Positions 15,001-30,083 of a DNA stretch of 64,000 nt are shown here, piece after piece. The notes below the pieces were generated by a model. It did no database searches, had not been told where the DNA came from, and worked only from the letters and a program-made list of their open reading frames with translations. The translations under genes and the position numbers were made by a program. How positions within the stretch are numbered: position 1 is the stretch's first letter; every line of letters starts with the position of its first letter. Source of the DNA: the human T2T-CHM13v2.0 reference genome, Homo sapiens; assembly GCF_009914755.1 (NCBI RefSeq), contig NC_060939.1. One strand, given 5' to 3'.

Positions 15001-18000
15001 TCCATTCGTGTCCATTCCATTCCAGTCCATTCCATTTGTGTCCACTGCATTCCATTCCACTCCATTCCATATTATTCCATTACACTCCATTCCATTCTAT
15101 TACTTTCATTTCCATTCAATTCCATTCCATTTGATTCCATTCCACTCGGTTTCATTCCATTTGAGTCCACTCCATTCCATTCCATTCCATTCCATTCAGT
15201 TCCATTCCATTCTGTTCCGTTCCGTTCCATTCCATTACATTCCTTTCCATTCGGTACCATTCCATATTGTTCCATTCGATTCCATTCGAATCCATTCCAT
15301 TCCAGTCCATTCCATTCGATTCCATTCCATTCATTTCAATTCCATTCCATTCCATTCCATTCCACTTGATTCCACTCCATTCCCTTCCAGTGCATTCCAT
15401 TCGATTCCATTCCATTGCATTGCATTCCATTCCATTGGACTGCATTCCATTCGATTCCATTCCATTCGAATTAATTACTTAGCAATCCATTACATTCGAG
15501 TCTATTCTATTCCATTCCATTCGATTTCGTTCCAATCCATTCGATTCCATTCCATTCGATTCCATTCCATACTATTGCATTCCATTCTATTACATTATAT
15601 TCGAATAAGTTCCATTCAAGACCATTTCTTTTGAGTCCATTCTATTTGAGTCCATTCCCTTTGATTCCATAACATTTGAGTCCATTCAATTCCATTCCTT
15701 TCGTTTCCATTCCATTTGATGCCATTCCATTCAATTCTGTTCTACTCGACTCCAATACATTCAATTCCATTCCATCTGATTCCATTACATTCTTTTCATT
15801 TCTTCCCCATTTCAAGCCATTCCACTCCATTCCATTCCACTCGTTTCCTTTCCATTCGAGTCCATTCCTCTCCTGTCCATTCTGTTCAATCCATTCCATT
15901 CCTGTCCATTCCATTCGAGTCCGTTCCATTCCAGTCCATTCCATTCGAGTCAATTCCATTCAATTCGATGTCTTTCCATAACGATCCATTCCATTCTATT
16001 CCTTTCGATTCCATTCAATTCTATTTCATTCCATTCGATTCCCTTCCATTGGACTCCTTTCCATTCGAGTGCATTCCATTCCGTTCCATTTCTTTCCGTA
16101 CTGTACGATTCCTACCTTTCGATTTCATTTTGTTCCAGTCCATTCCTTTCGCGTCCATTCCATTCCATTTCACTCCATTCGATTCCATTCCACTCGATTC
16201 CGCTTCGTTCCATTTCATTGCATTCCATTCTATTCAACTCTATTGCCTTCCATTCCATTCCATTCGATTACATTCCATGCGATTCCATTCGAAATCGAAT
16301 CAATTACATTGCATTCCATTACTATTGTGTCCGTTTTATTCCAGTCCACTGCATTCTGGTCCATTCCATTTGATTCCATTCCATTCTATTCCATTCCATA
16401 CAGTTGCATTCCGTTGGACTCCATTCTATATCTATAAATTCAATTCGAGACCATTGCTTTGGAGTCCATTCTATATGATTCCATTCCATTCATGTCCATT
16501 ACATTTGGCTCAATTCCATTCCATTCCATTCCCTTCCATTCCATTCCAATTGATATCAATCCATTCGATTCCATTCCATTCGAGCACATTCCATTCGAGT
16601 CTATTCCATTCGATGCCATTCCATTTGATTCTATTCCATTAGTCTCCATTCAATTCCATTAATCTCCATTCCATTCCATTCTACTCCAACTGATTTCATT
16701 CCATTCTATTCCTTTCCATTCCATTTCATTCCATTCCATTAAATTTCATTCCATTCCATTCCATTCGCTTCCATTCCATTCGTGTCCATTCCACTCCAGT
16801 CCATTCCATTCGTGTCCATTCCATTCCAGTCCATTCCATTTGTGTCCACTGCATTCCCTTCCACTCCATTCCATATTATTCCATTACACTCCATTCCATT
16901 CTATTACTTTCATTTCCATTCAATTCCATTCCATTTGATTCCATTCCACTCGGTTTCATTCCATTTGAGTCCACTCCATTCCATTCCATTCCATTCCATT
17001 CAGTTCCATTCCATTCTGTTCCATTCCATTCCATTCCATTGCATTCCATTCCATTCGGTACCATTCCATATTGTTCCATTCGATTTCATTCGAATCCATT
17101 CCATTCCAGTCCATTCCATTCGATTCCATTCCATTCCTTTCCATTCCATTCCATTCCATTCCATTCCACTTGATTCCACTCCATTCCCTTCCACTGCATT
17201 CCATTCGATTCCATTCCATTGCATTGCATTCCATTCCATTGGACTGCATTCCATTCGATTAAATTGCATTCGAATCAATTACATAGCAATCCATTACATT
17301 CGAGTCTATTCTATTCCGTTCCATTCGATTTCGTTCCAATCCATTCGATTCCATTCCATTCGATTCCATTCCATACTATTGCATTCCATTCTATTACATT
17401 ATATTCGAATAAGTTCCATTCAAGACCATTTCTTTTGAGTCCATTCTATTTGAGTCTATTCCCTTTGATTCCATAACATTTGAGTCCATTCAATTCCATT
17501 CCTTTCGTTTCCATTCCATGTGATGCCATTCCATTCAATTCTGTTCTACTCGACTCCAATACATTCAATTCCATTCCATCTGATTCCATTACATTCTTTT
17601 CATTTATTCCCCATTTCAAGCCATTCCACTCCATTCCATTCCACTCGTTTCCATTCCATTCGAGTCCATTCCTCTCCTGTCCATTCTGTTCAATCCATTC
17701 CATTCCTGTCCATTCCATTCGAGTCCGTTCCATTCCAGTCCATTCCATTCGAGTCAATTCCATTCAATTCGATGTCTTTCCATAACGATCCATTCCATTC
17801 TATTCCTTTCGATTCCATTCCATTCTATTTCATTCCATTCGATTCCCTTCCATTGGACTCCTTTCCATTCGAGTGCATTCCATTCCGTTCCATTTCTTTC
17901 CGTACTGTACGATTCCTACCTTTCGATTTCATTTTGTTCCAGTTCATTCCCTTCGCGTCCATTCCATTCCATTTCACTCCATTCGATTCCATTCCACTCG

Positions 18001-20700
18001 ATTTCACTTCGTTCCATTTCATTGCATTCCATTCTATTCAACTCTATTGCCTTCCATTCCATTCCATTCGATTACATTCCATGCGATTCCATTCGAAATC
18101 GAATCAATTACATTGCAATCCATTACTATTGTGTCCGTTTTATTCCAGTCCACTGCATTCTGGTCCATTCCATTTGATTCCATTCCATTCTATTCCATTC
18201 CATACATTTGCATTCCATTGGATTCCATTCTATATCTATAAATTCAATTCGAGACCATCGCTTTGGAGTCCATTCTATATGATTCCATTCCATTCATGTC
18301 CATTACATTTGGTTCAATTCCATTCCATTCCATTCCCTTCCATTCCATTCCAATTGATATCAATCCATTCGATTCCATTCCATTCGAGCACATTCCATTC
18401 GAGTCTATTCCATTTGATGCCGTTCCATTTGATTCTATTCCGTTAGTATCCATTCAATTCCATTAATCTCCATTCCATTCCATTCTACTCCAACTGATTC
18501 CATTCCATTCTATTCCTTTCCATTCCATTTCATTCCATTCCATTAAATTTCATTCCAATCCATTCCATTCGCTTCCATTCCATTCGTGTCCATTCCACTC
18601 CAGTCCATTCCTTTCGTGTCCATTCCATTCCAGTCCATTCCATTTGTGTCCACTGCATTCCCTTCCACTCCATTCCATATTATTCCATTACACTCCATTC
18701 CATTCTATTACTTTCATTTCCATTCAATTCCATTCCACTTGATTCCATTCCACTCGGTTTCATTCCATTTGAGTCCACTCCATTCCATTCCATTCCATTC
18801 CATTCAGTTCCATTCCATTCTGTTCCATTCCATTCCATTCCATTGCATTCCATTCCATTCGGTACCATTCCATATTGTTCCATTCGATTACATTCGAATC
18901 CATTCCATTCCAGTCCATTCCATTCGATTCCATTCCATTCCTTTCCATTCCATTCCATTCCATTCCATTCCACTTGATTCCACTCCATTCCCTTCCACTG
19001 CATTCCATTCGATTCCATTCCATTGCATTGCATTCCATTCCATTGGACTGCATTCCATTCGATTCCATTGCATTCGAATCAATTACATAGCAATCCACTA
19101 CATTCCAGTCTATTCTATTCCGTTCCATTCGATTTCGTTCCAATCCATTCGATTCCATTCCATTCGATTCCATTCCATACTATTGCATTCCATTCTATTA
19201 CATTATATTCGAATAAGTTCCATTCAAGACCATTTCTTTGAGTCCATTCTATTTGAGTCTATTCCCTTTGATTCCATAACATTTGAGTCCATTCAATTCC
19301 ATTCCTTTCGTTTCCATTCCATTTGATGCCATTCCATTCAATTCTGTTCTACTCGACTCCAATACATTCAATTCCATTCCATCTGATTCCATTACATTCT
19401 TTACATTTCTTCCCCATTTCAAGCCATTCCACTCCATTCCATTCCACTCGTTTCCTTTCCATTCGAGTCCATTCCTCTCCTGTCCATTCCGTTCAATCCA
19501 TTCCATTCCAGTCCGTTCCATTCCAGTCCATTCCATTCGAGTCAATTCCATTCCATTCGATGTCTTTCCATAACGATCCATTCCATTCTATTCCTTTCGA
19601 TTCCATTCCATTCTATTTCATTCCATTCGATTCCCTTCCATGGGACTCCTTTCCATTCGAGTGCATTCCATTCCGTTCCATTTCTTTCCGTACTGTACGA
19701 TTCCTACCTTTCGATTTCATTTTGTTCCAGTCCATTCCTTTCGCGTCCATTCCATTCCATTTCACTCCATTCGATTCCATTCCACTCGATTCCACTTCGT
19801 TCCATTTCATTGCATTCCATTCTATTCAACTCTATTGCCTTCCATTCCATTCCATTCGATTACATTCCATGCGATTCCATTGGAAATCGAATCAATTACA
19901 TTGCAATCCATTATTACTGTGTCCGTTTTATTCCAGTCCACTGCATTCTGGTCCATTCCATTTGATTCCATTCCATTCTATTCCATTCCATACAGTTGCA
20001 TTCCGTTGGACTCCATTCTATATCTATAAATTCAATTCGAGACCATTGCTTTGGAGTCCATTCTATATGATTCCATTCCATTCATGTCCATTACATTTGG
20101 CTCAATTCCATTCCATTCCATTCCCTTCCATTCCATTCCAATTGATATCAATCCATTCGATTCCATTCCATTCGAGCACATTCCATTCGAGTCCATTCCA
20201 TTCGATGCCATTCCATTTGATTCTATTCCATTAGTCTCCATTCAATTCCATTAATCTCCATTCCATTCCATTCTACTCCAACTGATTCCATTCCATTCTA
20301 TTCCTTTCCATTCCATTTCATTCCATTCCATTCCATTTCATTCCATTCCATTCCATTCCATTCCATTCGCTTCCATTCCATTCGTGTCCATTCCACTCCA
20401 GTCCATTCCATTCGTGTCCATTCCATTCCAGTCCATTCCATTTGTGTCCACTGCATTCCATTCCACTCCATTCCATATTATTCCATTACACTCCATTCCA
20501 TTCTATTACTTTCATTTCGATTCAGTTCCATTCCATTTGATTCCATTCCACTCGGTTTCATTCCATTTGAGTCCACTCCATTCCATTCCATTCCATTCCA
20601 TTCAGTTCCATTCCATTCTGTTCCATTCCATTCCGTTCCATTACATTCCATTCCATTCGGTACCATTCCATATTGTTCCATTCGATTCCATTCGAATCCA
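1..20700 (+). repeat. Left sub-array: super-repeat of 1.8 kb unit variants in the order (E)-A-B-C-D-E-A-B-D-E-A-B
   Basis: Unit A (CCATGTGAT, TTATTCCCC) is at 1206/10230/17480. B (TTTACATTTC, CCATGGGAC, 15 bp deletion) is at 3009/12038/19283. D (TTACATTGTT, CTTTCACGT, GATGTCAAT) is at 6592/13842. E (CATTCAATTCTAT, TTCCGCTTCG) is at 8426/15676. C occurs once, at 4813. A-to-A spacings are 9024 and 7250 bp. Confidence 0.88.
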
Positions 20701-23700
20701 TTCCATTCCAGTCCATTCCATTCGATTCCATTCCATTCCTTTCAATTCCATTCCATTCCATTCCATTCCACTTGATTCCACTCCATTCCATTCCACTGCA
20801 TTCCATTGCATTGCATTCCATTCCATTGGACTGCATTCCATTCGATTCCATTCCATTCGAATCAATTACATAGCAATCCATTACATTCGAGTCTATTCTA
20901 TTCCGTTCCATTCGATTTCGTTCCAATCCATTCGATTCCATTCCATTCGATTCCATTCCATACTATTGCATTCCATTCGATTACATTATATTCGAATAAG
21001 TTCCATTCAAGACCATTTCTTTTGAGTCCATTCTATTTGAGTCCATTCCCTTTGATTCCATAACATTTGAGTCCATTCAATTCCATTCCTTTCGTTTCCA
21101 TTCCATTTGATGCCATTCCATTCAATTCTGTTCTACTCGACTCCAATACATTCAATTCCATTCCATCCGATTCCATTACATTCTTTTCATTTCTTATCCA
21201 TTTCAAGCCATTCCACTCCATTCCATTCCACTCGTTTCCTTTCCATTCGAGTCCATTCCTCTCCAGTCCATTCCGTTCAATCCATTCCATTCCAGTCCAT
21301 TCCATTCGAGTCCGTTCCATTCCAGTCCATTCCATTCGAGTCAATTCCATTTCATTCGATGTCTTTCCATAACGATCCACTCCATTCTATTCCTTTCGAT
21401 TCCATTCCATTCTATTTCATTCCATTCGATTCCCTTCCATTGGACTCCTTTCCATTCGAGTGCATTCCATTCCGTTCCATTTCTTTCCGTTCTGTACGAT
21501 TCCTACCGTTCGATTTCATTTTGTTCCAGTCCATTCTTTCGCGTCCATTCCATTCCATTTCACTCCATTCGATTCCATTCCACTCGATTCCACTTCGTTC
21601 CATTTCATTGCATTCCATTCTATTCAACTCTATTGCCTTCCATTCCATTCCATTCGATTACATTCCATGCGATTCCATTCGAAATCGAATCAATTACATT
21701 GCAATCCATTACTATTGAGTCCGTTTTATTCCAGTCCACTGCATTCTGGTCCATTCCATTTGATTCCATTCCATTCTATTCCATTCCATACAGTTGCATT
21801 CCATTGGATTCCATGCTTTATCTATAAATTCAATTCGAGACCATTGCTTTTGAGTCCATTCTATATGATTCCATTCCATTCAAGTCCATTACATTTGGTT
21901 CAATTCCATTCCATTCGGTTCAATTCCATTCCATTCCATTCCCTTCCATTCCATTCCAGTTGATATCAATCCATTCAATTCCATTCCATTCGAGCACATT
22001 CCATTCGAGTCCATTCCATTCGATGCCATTCCATTTGATTCTATTCCATTAGTCTCCATTCAATTCCATTAATCTCCATTCCATTCCATTCTACTCCAAC
22101 TGATTCCATTCCATTCTATTCCTTTCCATTCCATTTCATTCCATTCCATTCCATTCCATTTCATTCCATTCCATTCCATTAGTGTCCATTCCACTCCAGT
22201 CCATTCCATTCGTATCCATTCCATTCCAGTCCATTCCATTTGTGTCCACTGCATTCCATTCCACTCCATTCCATATTATTCCATTACACTCCATTCCATT
22301 CTATTACTTTCATTTCCATTCAATTCCATTCCATTTGATTCCATTCCACTCGGTTTCATTCCATTTGAGTCCACTCCATTCCATTCCATTCCATTCAGTT
22401 CCATTCCATTCTGTTCCATTCCATTCCGTTCCATTACATTCCATTCCATTCGGTACCATTCCATATTGTTCCATTCGATTCCATTCGAATCCATTCCATT
22501 CCAGTCCATTCCATTCGATTCCATTCCATTCATTTCAATTCCATTCCATTCCATTCCATTACATTCCACTTGATTCCTCTCCATTCCCTTCCACTGCATT
22601 CCGTTCGATTCCATTCCATTGCATTGCATTCCATTCCATTGGATTGCATTCCATTCGATTCCATTCCATTCGAATCAATTACATAGCAATCCATTACATT
22701 CGAGTCTATTCTCTTCCGTTCCATTCGATTTCGTTCCAATCCATTCGATTCCATTCCATTCGATTCCATTCCATACTATTGCATTCCATTCGATTACATT
22801 ATATTCGAATAAGTTCCATTCAAGACCATTTCTTTTGAGTCCATTCTATTTGAGTCCATTCCCTTTGATTCCATAACATTTGAGTCCATTCAATTCCATT
22901 CCTTTCGTTTCCATTCCATTTGATGCCATTCCATTCAATTCTGTTCTACCCGACTCCAATACATTCAATTCCATTCCATCCGATTCCATTACATTCTTTT
23001 CATTTCTTATCCATTTCAAGCCATTCCACTCCATTCCATTCCACTCGTTTCCTTTCCATTCGAGTCCATTCCTCTCCAGTCCATTCCGTTCAATCCATTC
23101 CATTCCAGTCCATTCCATTCGAGTCCGTTCCATTCCAGTCCATTCCATTCGAGTCAATTCCATTCCATTCGATGTCTTTCCATAACGATCCATTCCATTC
23201 TATTCCTTTCGATTCCATTCCATTCTATTTCATTCCATTCGATTCCCTTCCATTGGACTCCTTTCCATTCGAGTGCATTCCATTCCGTTCCATTTCTTTC
23301 CGTTCTGTACGATTCCTACCGTTCGATTTCATTTTGTTCCAGTCCATTCTTTCGCGTCCATTCCATTCCATTTCACTCCATTCGATTCCATTCCACTCGA
23401 TTCCACTTCGTTCCATTTCATTGCATTCCATTCTATTCAACTCTATTGCCTTCCATTCCATTCCATTCGATTACATTCCATGCGATTCCATTCGAAATCG
23501 AATCAATTACATTGCAATCCATTACTATTGAGTCCATTTTATTCCAGTCCACTGCATTCTGGTCCATTCCATTTGATTCCATTCCATTCTATTCCATTCC
23601 ATAGAGTTGCATTCCATTGGATTCTATGCTATATCTATAAACTCAATTCGAGACCATTGCTTTTGAGTCCATTCCATATGATTCCATTCCATTCAAGTCC

Positions 23701-26700
23701 ATTACATTTGGTTAAATTCCATTCCATTCGGTTCAATTCCATTCCATTCCATTCCCTTCCATTCCATTCCAGTTGATATCAGTCCATTCGATTCCATTCC
23801 ATTCGAGCACATTCCATTCGAGTCCATTCCATTCGATGCCATTCCATTTGATTCTATTCCATTAGTCTCCATTCAATTCCATTAATCTCCATTCCATTCC
23901 ATTCTACTCCAAATGATTCCATTCCATTCTATTCCTTTCCATTCCATTTCATTCCATTCCATTCCATTCCATTCCATTCCATTCCATTCCATTCCATTCG
24001 TGTCCATTCCACTCCAGTCCATTCCATTCGTATCCATTCCATTCCAGTCCATTCCATTTGTGTCCACTGCATTCCATTCCACTCCATTCCATATTATTCC
24101 ATTACACTCCATTCCATTCTATTACTTTCATTTCCATTCAATTCCATTCCATTTGATTCCATTCCACTCGGTTTCATTCCATTTGAGTCCACTCCATTCC
24201 ATTCCATTCCATTCAGTTCCATTCCATTCTGTTCCATTCCATTCCGTTCCATTAAATTCCATTCCATTCGGTACCATTCCATATTGTTCCATTCGATTCC
24301 ATTCGAATCCATTCCATTCCAGTCCATTCCATTCGATTCCATTCCATTCATTTCAATTCCATTCCATTCCATTCCATTACATTCCACTTGATTCCTCTCC
24401 ATTCCCTTCCACTGCATTCCGTTCGATTGCATTCCATTCCATTGGATTGCATTCCATTCGATTCCATTCCATTCGAATCAATTACATAGCAATCCATTAC
24501 ATTCGAGGCTATTCTATTCCGTTCCATTCGATTTCGTTCCAATCCATTCGATTCCATTCCATTCGATTCCATTCCATACTATTGCATTCCATTCGATTAC
24601 ATTATATTTGAATAAGTTCCATTCAAGACCATTTCTTTTGAGTCCATTCTATTTGAGTCCATTCCCTTTGATTCCATAACATTTGAGTCCATTCAATTCC
24701 ATTCCTTTCGTTTCCATTCCATTTGATGCCATTCCATTCAATTCTGTTCTACTCGACTCCAATACATTCAATTCCATTCCATCCGATTCCATTACATTCT
24801 TTTCATTTCTTATCCATTTCAAGCCATTCCACTCCATTCCATTCCACTCGTTTCCTTTCCATTCGAGTCCATTCCTCTCCAGTCCATTCCGTTCAATCCA
24901 TTCCATTCCAGTCCATTCCATTCGAGTCCGTTCCATTCCAGTCCACTCCATTCGAGTCAATTCCATTCCATTCGATGTCTTTCCATAACGATCCATTCCA
25001 TTCTATTCCTTTCGATTCCATTCCATTCTATTTCATTCCATTCGATTCCCTTCCATTGGACTCTTTTCCATTCGAGTGCATTCCATTCCGTTCCATTTCT
25101 TTCCGTTCTGTACGATTCCTACCGTTCGATTTCATTTTGTTCCAGTCCATTCTTTCGCGTCCATTCCATTCCATTTCACTCCATTCGATTCCATTCCACT
25201 CGATTCCACTTCGTTCCATTTCATTGCATTCCATTCTATTCAACTCTATTGCCTTCCATTCCATTCCATTCGATTACATTCCATGCGATTCCATTCGAAA
25301 TCGAATCAATTACATTGCAATCCATTACTACTGAGTCCGTTTTATTCCAGTCCACTGCATTCTGGTCCATTCCATTTGATTACATTCCATTCTATTCCAT
25401 TCCATAGAGTTGCATTCCATTGGATTCCATGCTATATCTATAAATTCAATTCGAGACCATTGCTTTTGAGTCCATTCTATATGATTCCATTCCATTCAAG
25501 TCCATTACATTTGGTTAAATTCCATTCCATTCGGTTCAATTCCATTCCATTCCATTCCCTTCCATTCCATTCCAGTTGATATCAATCCATTCGATTCCAT
25601 TCCATTCGAGCACATTCCATTCGAGTCCATTCCATTCGATGCCATTCCATTTGATTCTATTCCATTAGTCTCCATTCAATTCCATTAATCTCCATTCCAT
25701 TCCATTCTACTCCAACTGATTCCATTCCATTCTATTCCTTTCCATTCCATTTCATTCCATTCCATTCCATTCCATTCCATTCCATTCCATTCGTGTCCAT
25801 TCCACTCCAGTCCATTCCATTCGTATCCATTCCATTCCAGTCCATTCCATTTGTGTCCACTGCATTCCATTCCACTCCATTCCATATTATTCCATTACAC
25901 TCCATTCCATTCTATTACATTCATTTCCATTCAATTCCATTCCATTTGATTCCATTCCACTCGGTTTCATTCCATTTGAGTCCACTCCATTCCATTCCAT
26001 TCCATTCAGTTCCATTCCATTCTGTTCCATTCCATTCCGTTCCATTACATTCCATACCATTCGGTACCATTCCATATTGTTCCATACGATTCCATTCGAA
26101 TCCATTGCATTCCAGTCCATTCCATTCGATTCCATTCCATTCATTTCAATTCCATTCCATTCCATTCCATTACATTCCACTTGATTCCTCTCCATTCCCT
26201 TCCACTGCATTCCATTCGATTCCATTCCATTGCATTGCATTCCATTCCATTGGATTGCATTCCATTCGATTCCATTCCATTCGAATCAATTACATAGCAA
26301 TCCATTACATTCGAGTCTATTCTATTCCGTTCCATTCGATTTCGTTCCAATCCATTCGATTCCATTCCATTCGATTCCATTTCATACTATTGCATTCCAT
26401 TCGATTACATTATATTCGAATAAGTTCCATTCAAGACCATTTCTTTTGAGTCCATTCTATTTGAGTCCATTCCCTTTGATTCCATAACATTTGAGTCCAT
26501 TCAATTCCATTCCTTTCGTTTCCATTCCATTTGATGCCATTCCATTCAATTCTGTTCTACTCGACTCCAATACATTCAATTCCATTCCATCCGATTCCAT
26601 TACATTCTTTTCATTTCTTATCCATTTCAAGCCATTCCACTCCATTCCATTCCACTCGTTTCCTTTCCATTCGAGTCCATTCCTCTCCAGTCCATTCCGT

Positions 26701-29700
26701 TCAATCCATTCCATTCCAGTCCATTCCATTCGAGTCCGTTCCATTCCAGTCCATTCCATTCGAGTCAATTCCATTCCATTCGATGTCTTTCCATAACGAT
26801 CCATTCCATTCTATTCCTTTCGATTCCATTCCATTCTATTTCATTCCATTCGATTCCCTTCCATTGGACTCCTTTCCATTCGAGTGCATTCCATTCCGTT
26901 CCATTTCTTTCCGTTCTGTACGATTCCTACCGTTCGATTTCATTTTGTTCCAGTCCATTCCTTTCGCGTCCATTCCATTCCATTTCACTCCATTCGATTC
27001 CATTCCACTCGATTCCACTTCGTTCCATTTCATTGCATTCCATTCTATTCAACTCTATTGCCTTCCATTCCATTCCATTCGATTACATTCCATGCGATTC
27101 CATTCGAAATCGAATCAATTACATTGCAATCCATTACTATTGAGTCCGTTTTATTCCAGTCCACTGCATTCTGGTCCATTCCATTTGATTCCATTCCATT
27201 CTATTCCATTCCATACAGTTGCATTCCATTGGATTCCATGCTATATCTATAAATTCAATTCGAGACCATTGCTTTTGAGTCCATTCTATATGATTCCATT
27301 CCATTCAAGTCCATTACATTTGGTTAAATTCCATTCCATTCGGTTCAATTCCATTCCATTCCATTCCCTTCCATTCCATTCCAGTTGATATCAATCCATT
27401 CGATTCCATTCCATTCGAGCACATTCCATTCGATGCCATTCCATTTGATTCTATTCCATTAGTCTCCATTCAATTCCATTAATCTCCATTCCATTCCATT
27501 CTACTCCAACTGATTCCATTCCATTCTATTCCATTCCATTCCATTTCATTCCATTCCATTCCATTTCATTCCATTCCATTCCATTCGTGTCCATTCCACT
27601 GCAGTCCATTCCATTCGTGTCCATTCCATTCCAGTCCATTCTATTTGTGTCCACTGCATTCAATTCCACTCCATTCCATATTATTCCATTACACTCCATT
27701 CCATTCTATTACTTTCATTTCCATTCAATTCCATTCCATTTGATTCCATTCCACTCGGTTTCATTCCATTTGAGTCCACTCCATTCCATTCCATTCCATT
27801 CCATTCAGTTCCATTCCATTCTGTTCCATTCCATTCCGTTCCATTACATTCCATTCCATTCGGTACCATTCCATATTGTTCCATTCGATTCCATTCGAAT
27901 CCCTTCCATTCCAGTCCATTCCATTCGATTCCATTCCATTCATTTCAATTCCATTCCATTCCATTACATTACATTCCACTTGATTCCTCTCCATTCCCTT
28001 CCACTGCATTCCGTTCGATTCCATTCCATTGCATTGCATTCCATTCCATTGGATTGCGTTCCATTTGATACCATTCCATTCGAATCAATTACATACCAAT
28101 CCATTACATTCGAGTCTATTCTCTTCCGTTCCATTCGATTTCGTTCCAATCCATTCGATTCCATTCCATTCGATTCCATTCCATACTATTGCATTCCATT
28201 CGATTACATTATATTCGAATAAGTTCCATTCAAGACCATTTCTTTTGAGTCCATTCTATTTGAGTCCATTCCCTTTGATTCCATAACATTTGAGTCCATT
28301 CAATTCCATTCCTTTCGTTTCCATTCCATTTGATGCCATTCCATTCAATTCTGTTCTACTCGACTCCAATACATTCAATTCCATTCCATCCGATTCCATT
28401 ACATTCTTTTCATTTCTTATCCATTTCAAGCCATTCCACTCCATTCCATTCCACTCGTTTCCTTTCCATTCGAGTCCATTCCTCTCCAGTCCATTCCGTT
28501 CAATCCATTCCATTCCAGTCCATTCCATTCGAGTCCGTTCCATTCCAGTCCATTCCATTCGAGTCAATTCCATTCCATTCGATGTCTTTCCATAACGATC
28601 CATTCCATTCTATTCCTTTCGATTCCATTCCATTCTATTTCATTCCATTCGATTCCCTTCCATTGGACTCCTTTCCATTCGAGTGCATTCCATTCCGTTC
28701 CATTTCTTTCCGTTCTGTACGATTCCTACCGTTCGATTTCATTTTGTTCCAGTCCATTCCTTTCGCGTCCATTCCATTCCATTTCACTCCATTCGATTCC
28801 ATTCCACTCGATTCCACTTCGTTCCATTTCATTGCATTCCATTCCATTCAACTCTATTGCCTTCCATTCCATTCCATTCGATTACATTCCATGCGATTCC
28901 ATTCGAAATCGAATCAATTACATTGCAAACCATTACTATTGAGTCCGTTTTATTCCAGTCCACTGCATTCTGGTCCATTCCATTTGATTCCATTCCATTC
29001 TATTCCATTCCATACAGTTGCATTCCATTGGATTCCATGCTATATCTATAAATTCAATTCGAGACCATTGCTTTTGAGTCCATTCTATATGATTCCATTC
29101 CATTCAAGTCCATTACATTTGGTTCAATTCCATTCCATTCCATTCCCTTTCATTCCATTCCATTTGATATCAATCCATTCGATTCCATTCCATTCGAGCA
29201 CATTCCATTCGAGTCCATTCCATTCGATGCCATTCCATTTGATTCTATTCCATTAGTCTCCATTCAATTCCATTAATCTCCATTCCATTCCATTCTACTC
29301 CAACTGATTCCATTCCATTCTATTCCTTTCCATTCCATTTCATTCCATTGCATTCCATTTCATTCCATTCCATTCCATTCGTGTCCATTCCACTCCAGTC
29401 CATTCCATTCGTGTCCATTCCATTCCAGTCCATTCCATTTGTGTCCACTGCATTCCATTCCACTCCATTCCATATTATTCCATTACACTCCATTCCATTC
29501 TATTACTTTCATTTCCATTCAATTCCATTCCATTTCATTCCATTCCACTCGGTTTCATTCCATTTGAGTCCACTCCATTCCATTCCATTCCATTCCATTC
29601 AGTTCCATTCCATTCTGTTCCATTCCATTCCGTTCCATTACATTCCATTCCATTCGGTACCATTCCATATTGTTCCATTCGATTCCATTCGAATCCATTC

Positions 29701-30083
29701 CATTCCAGTCCATTCCATTCGATTCCATTCCATTCATTTCAATTCCATTCCATTCCATTCCATTACATTCCACTTGATTCCTCTCCATTCCCTTCCACTG
29801 CATTCCGTTCGATTCCATTCCATTGCATTGCATTCCATTCCATTGGATTGCATTCCATTCGATTCCATTCCATTCGAATCAATTACATAGCAATCCATTA
29901 CATTCGAGTCTATTCTATTCCGTTCCATTCGATTTCGTTCCAATCCATTCGATTCCATTCCATTCGATTCCATTCCATACTATTGCATTCCATTCGATTA
30001 CATTATATTCGAATAAGTTCCATTCAAGACCATTTCTTTTGAGTCCATTCTATTTGAGTCCATTCCCTTTGATTCCATAACAT

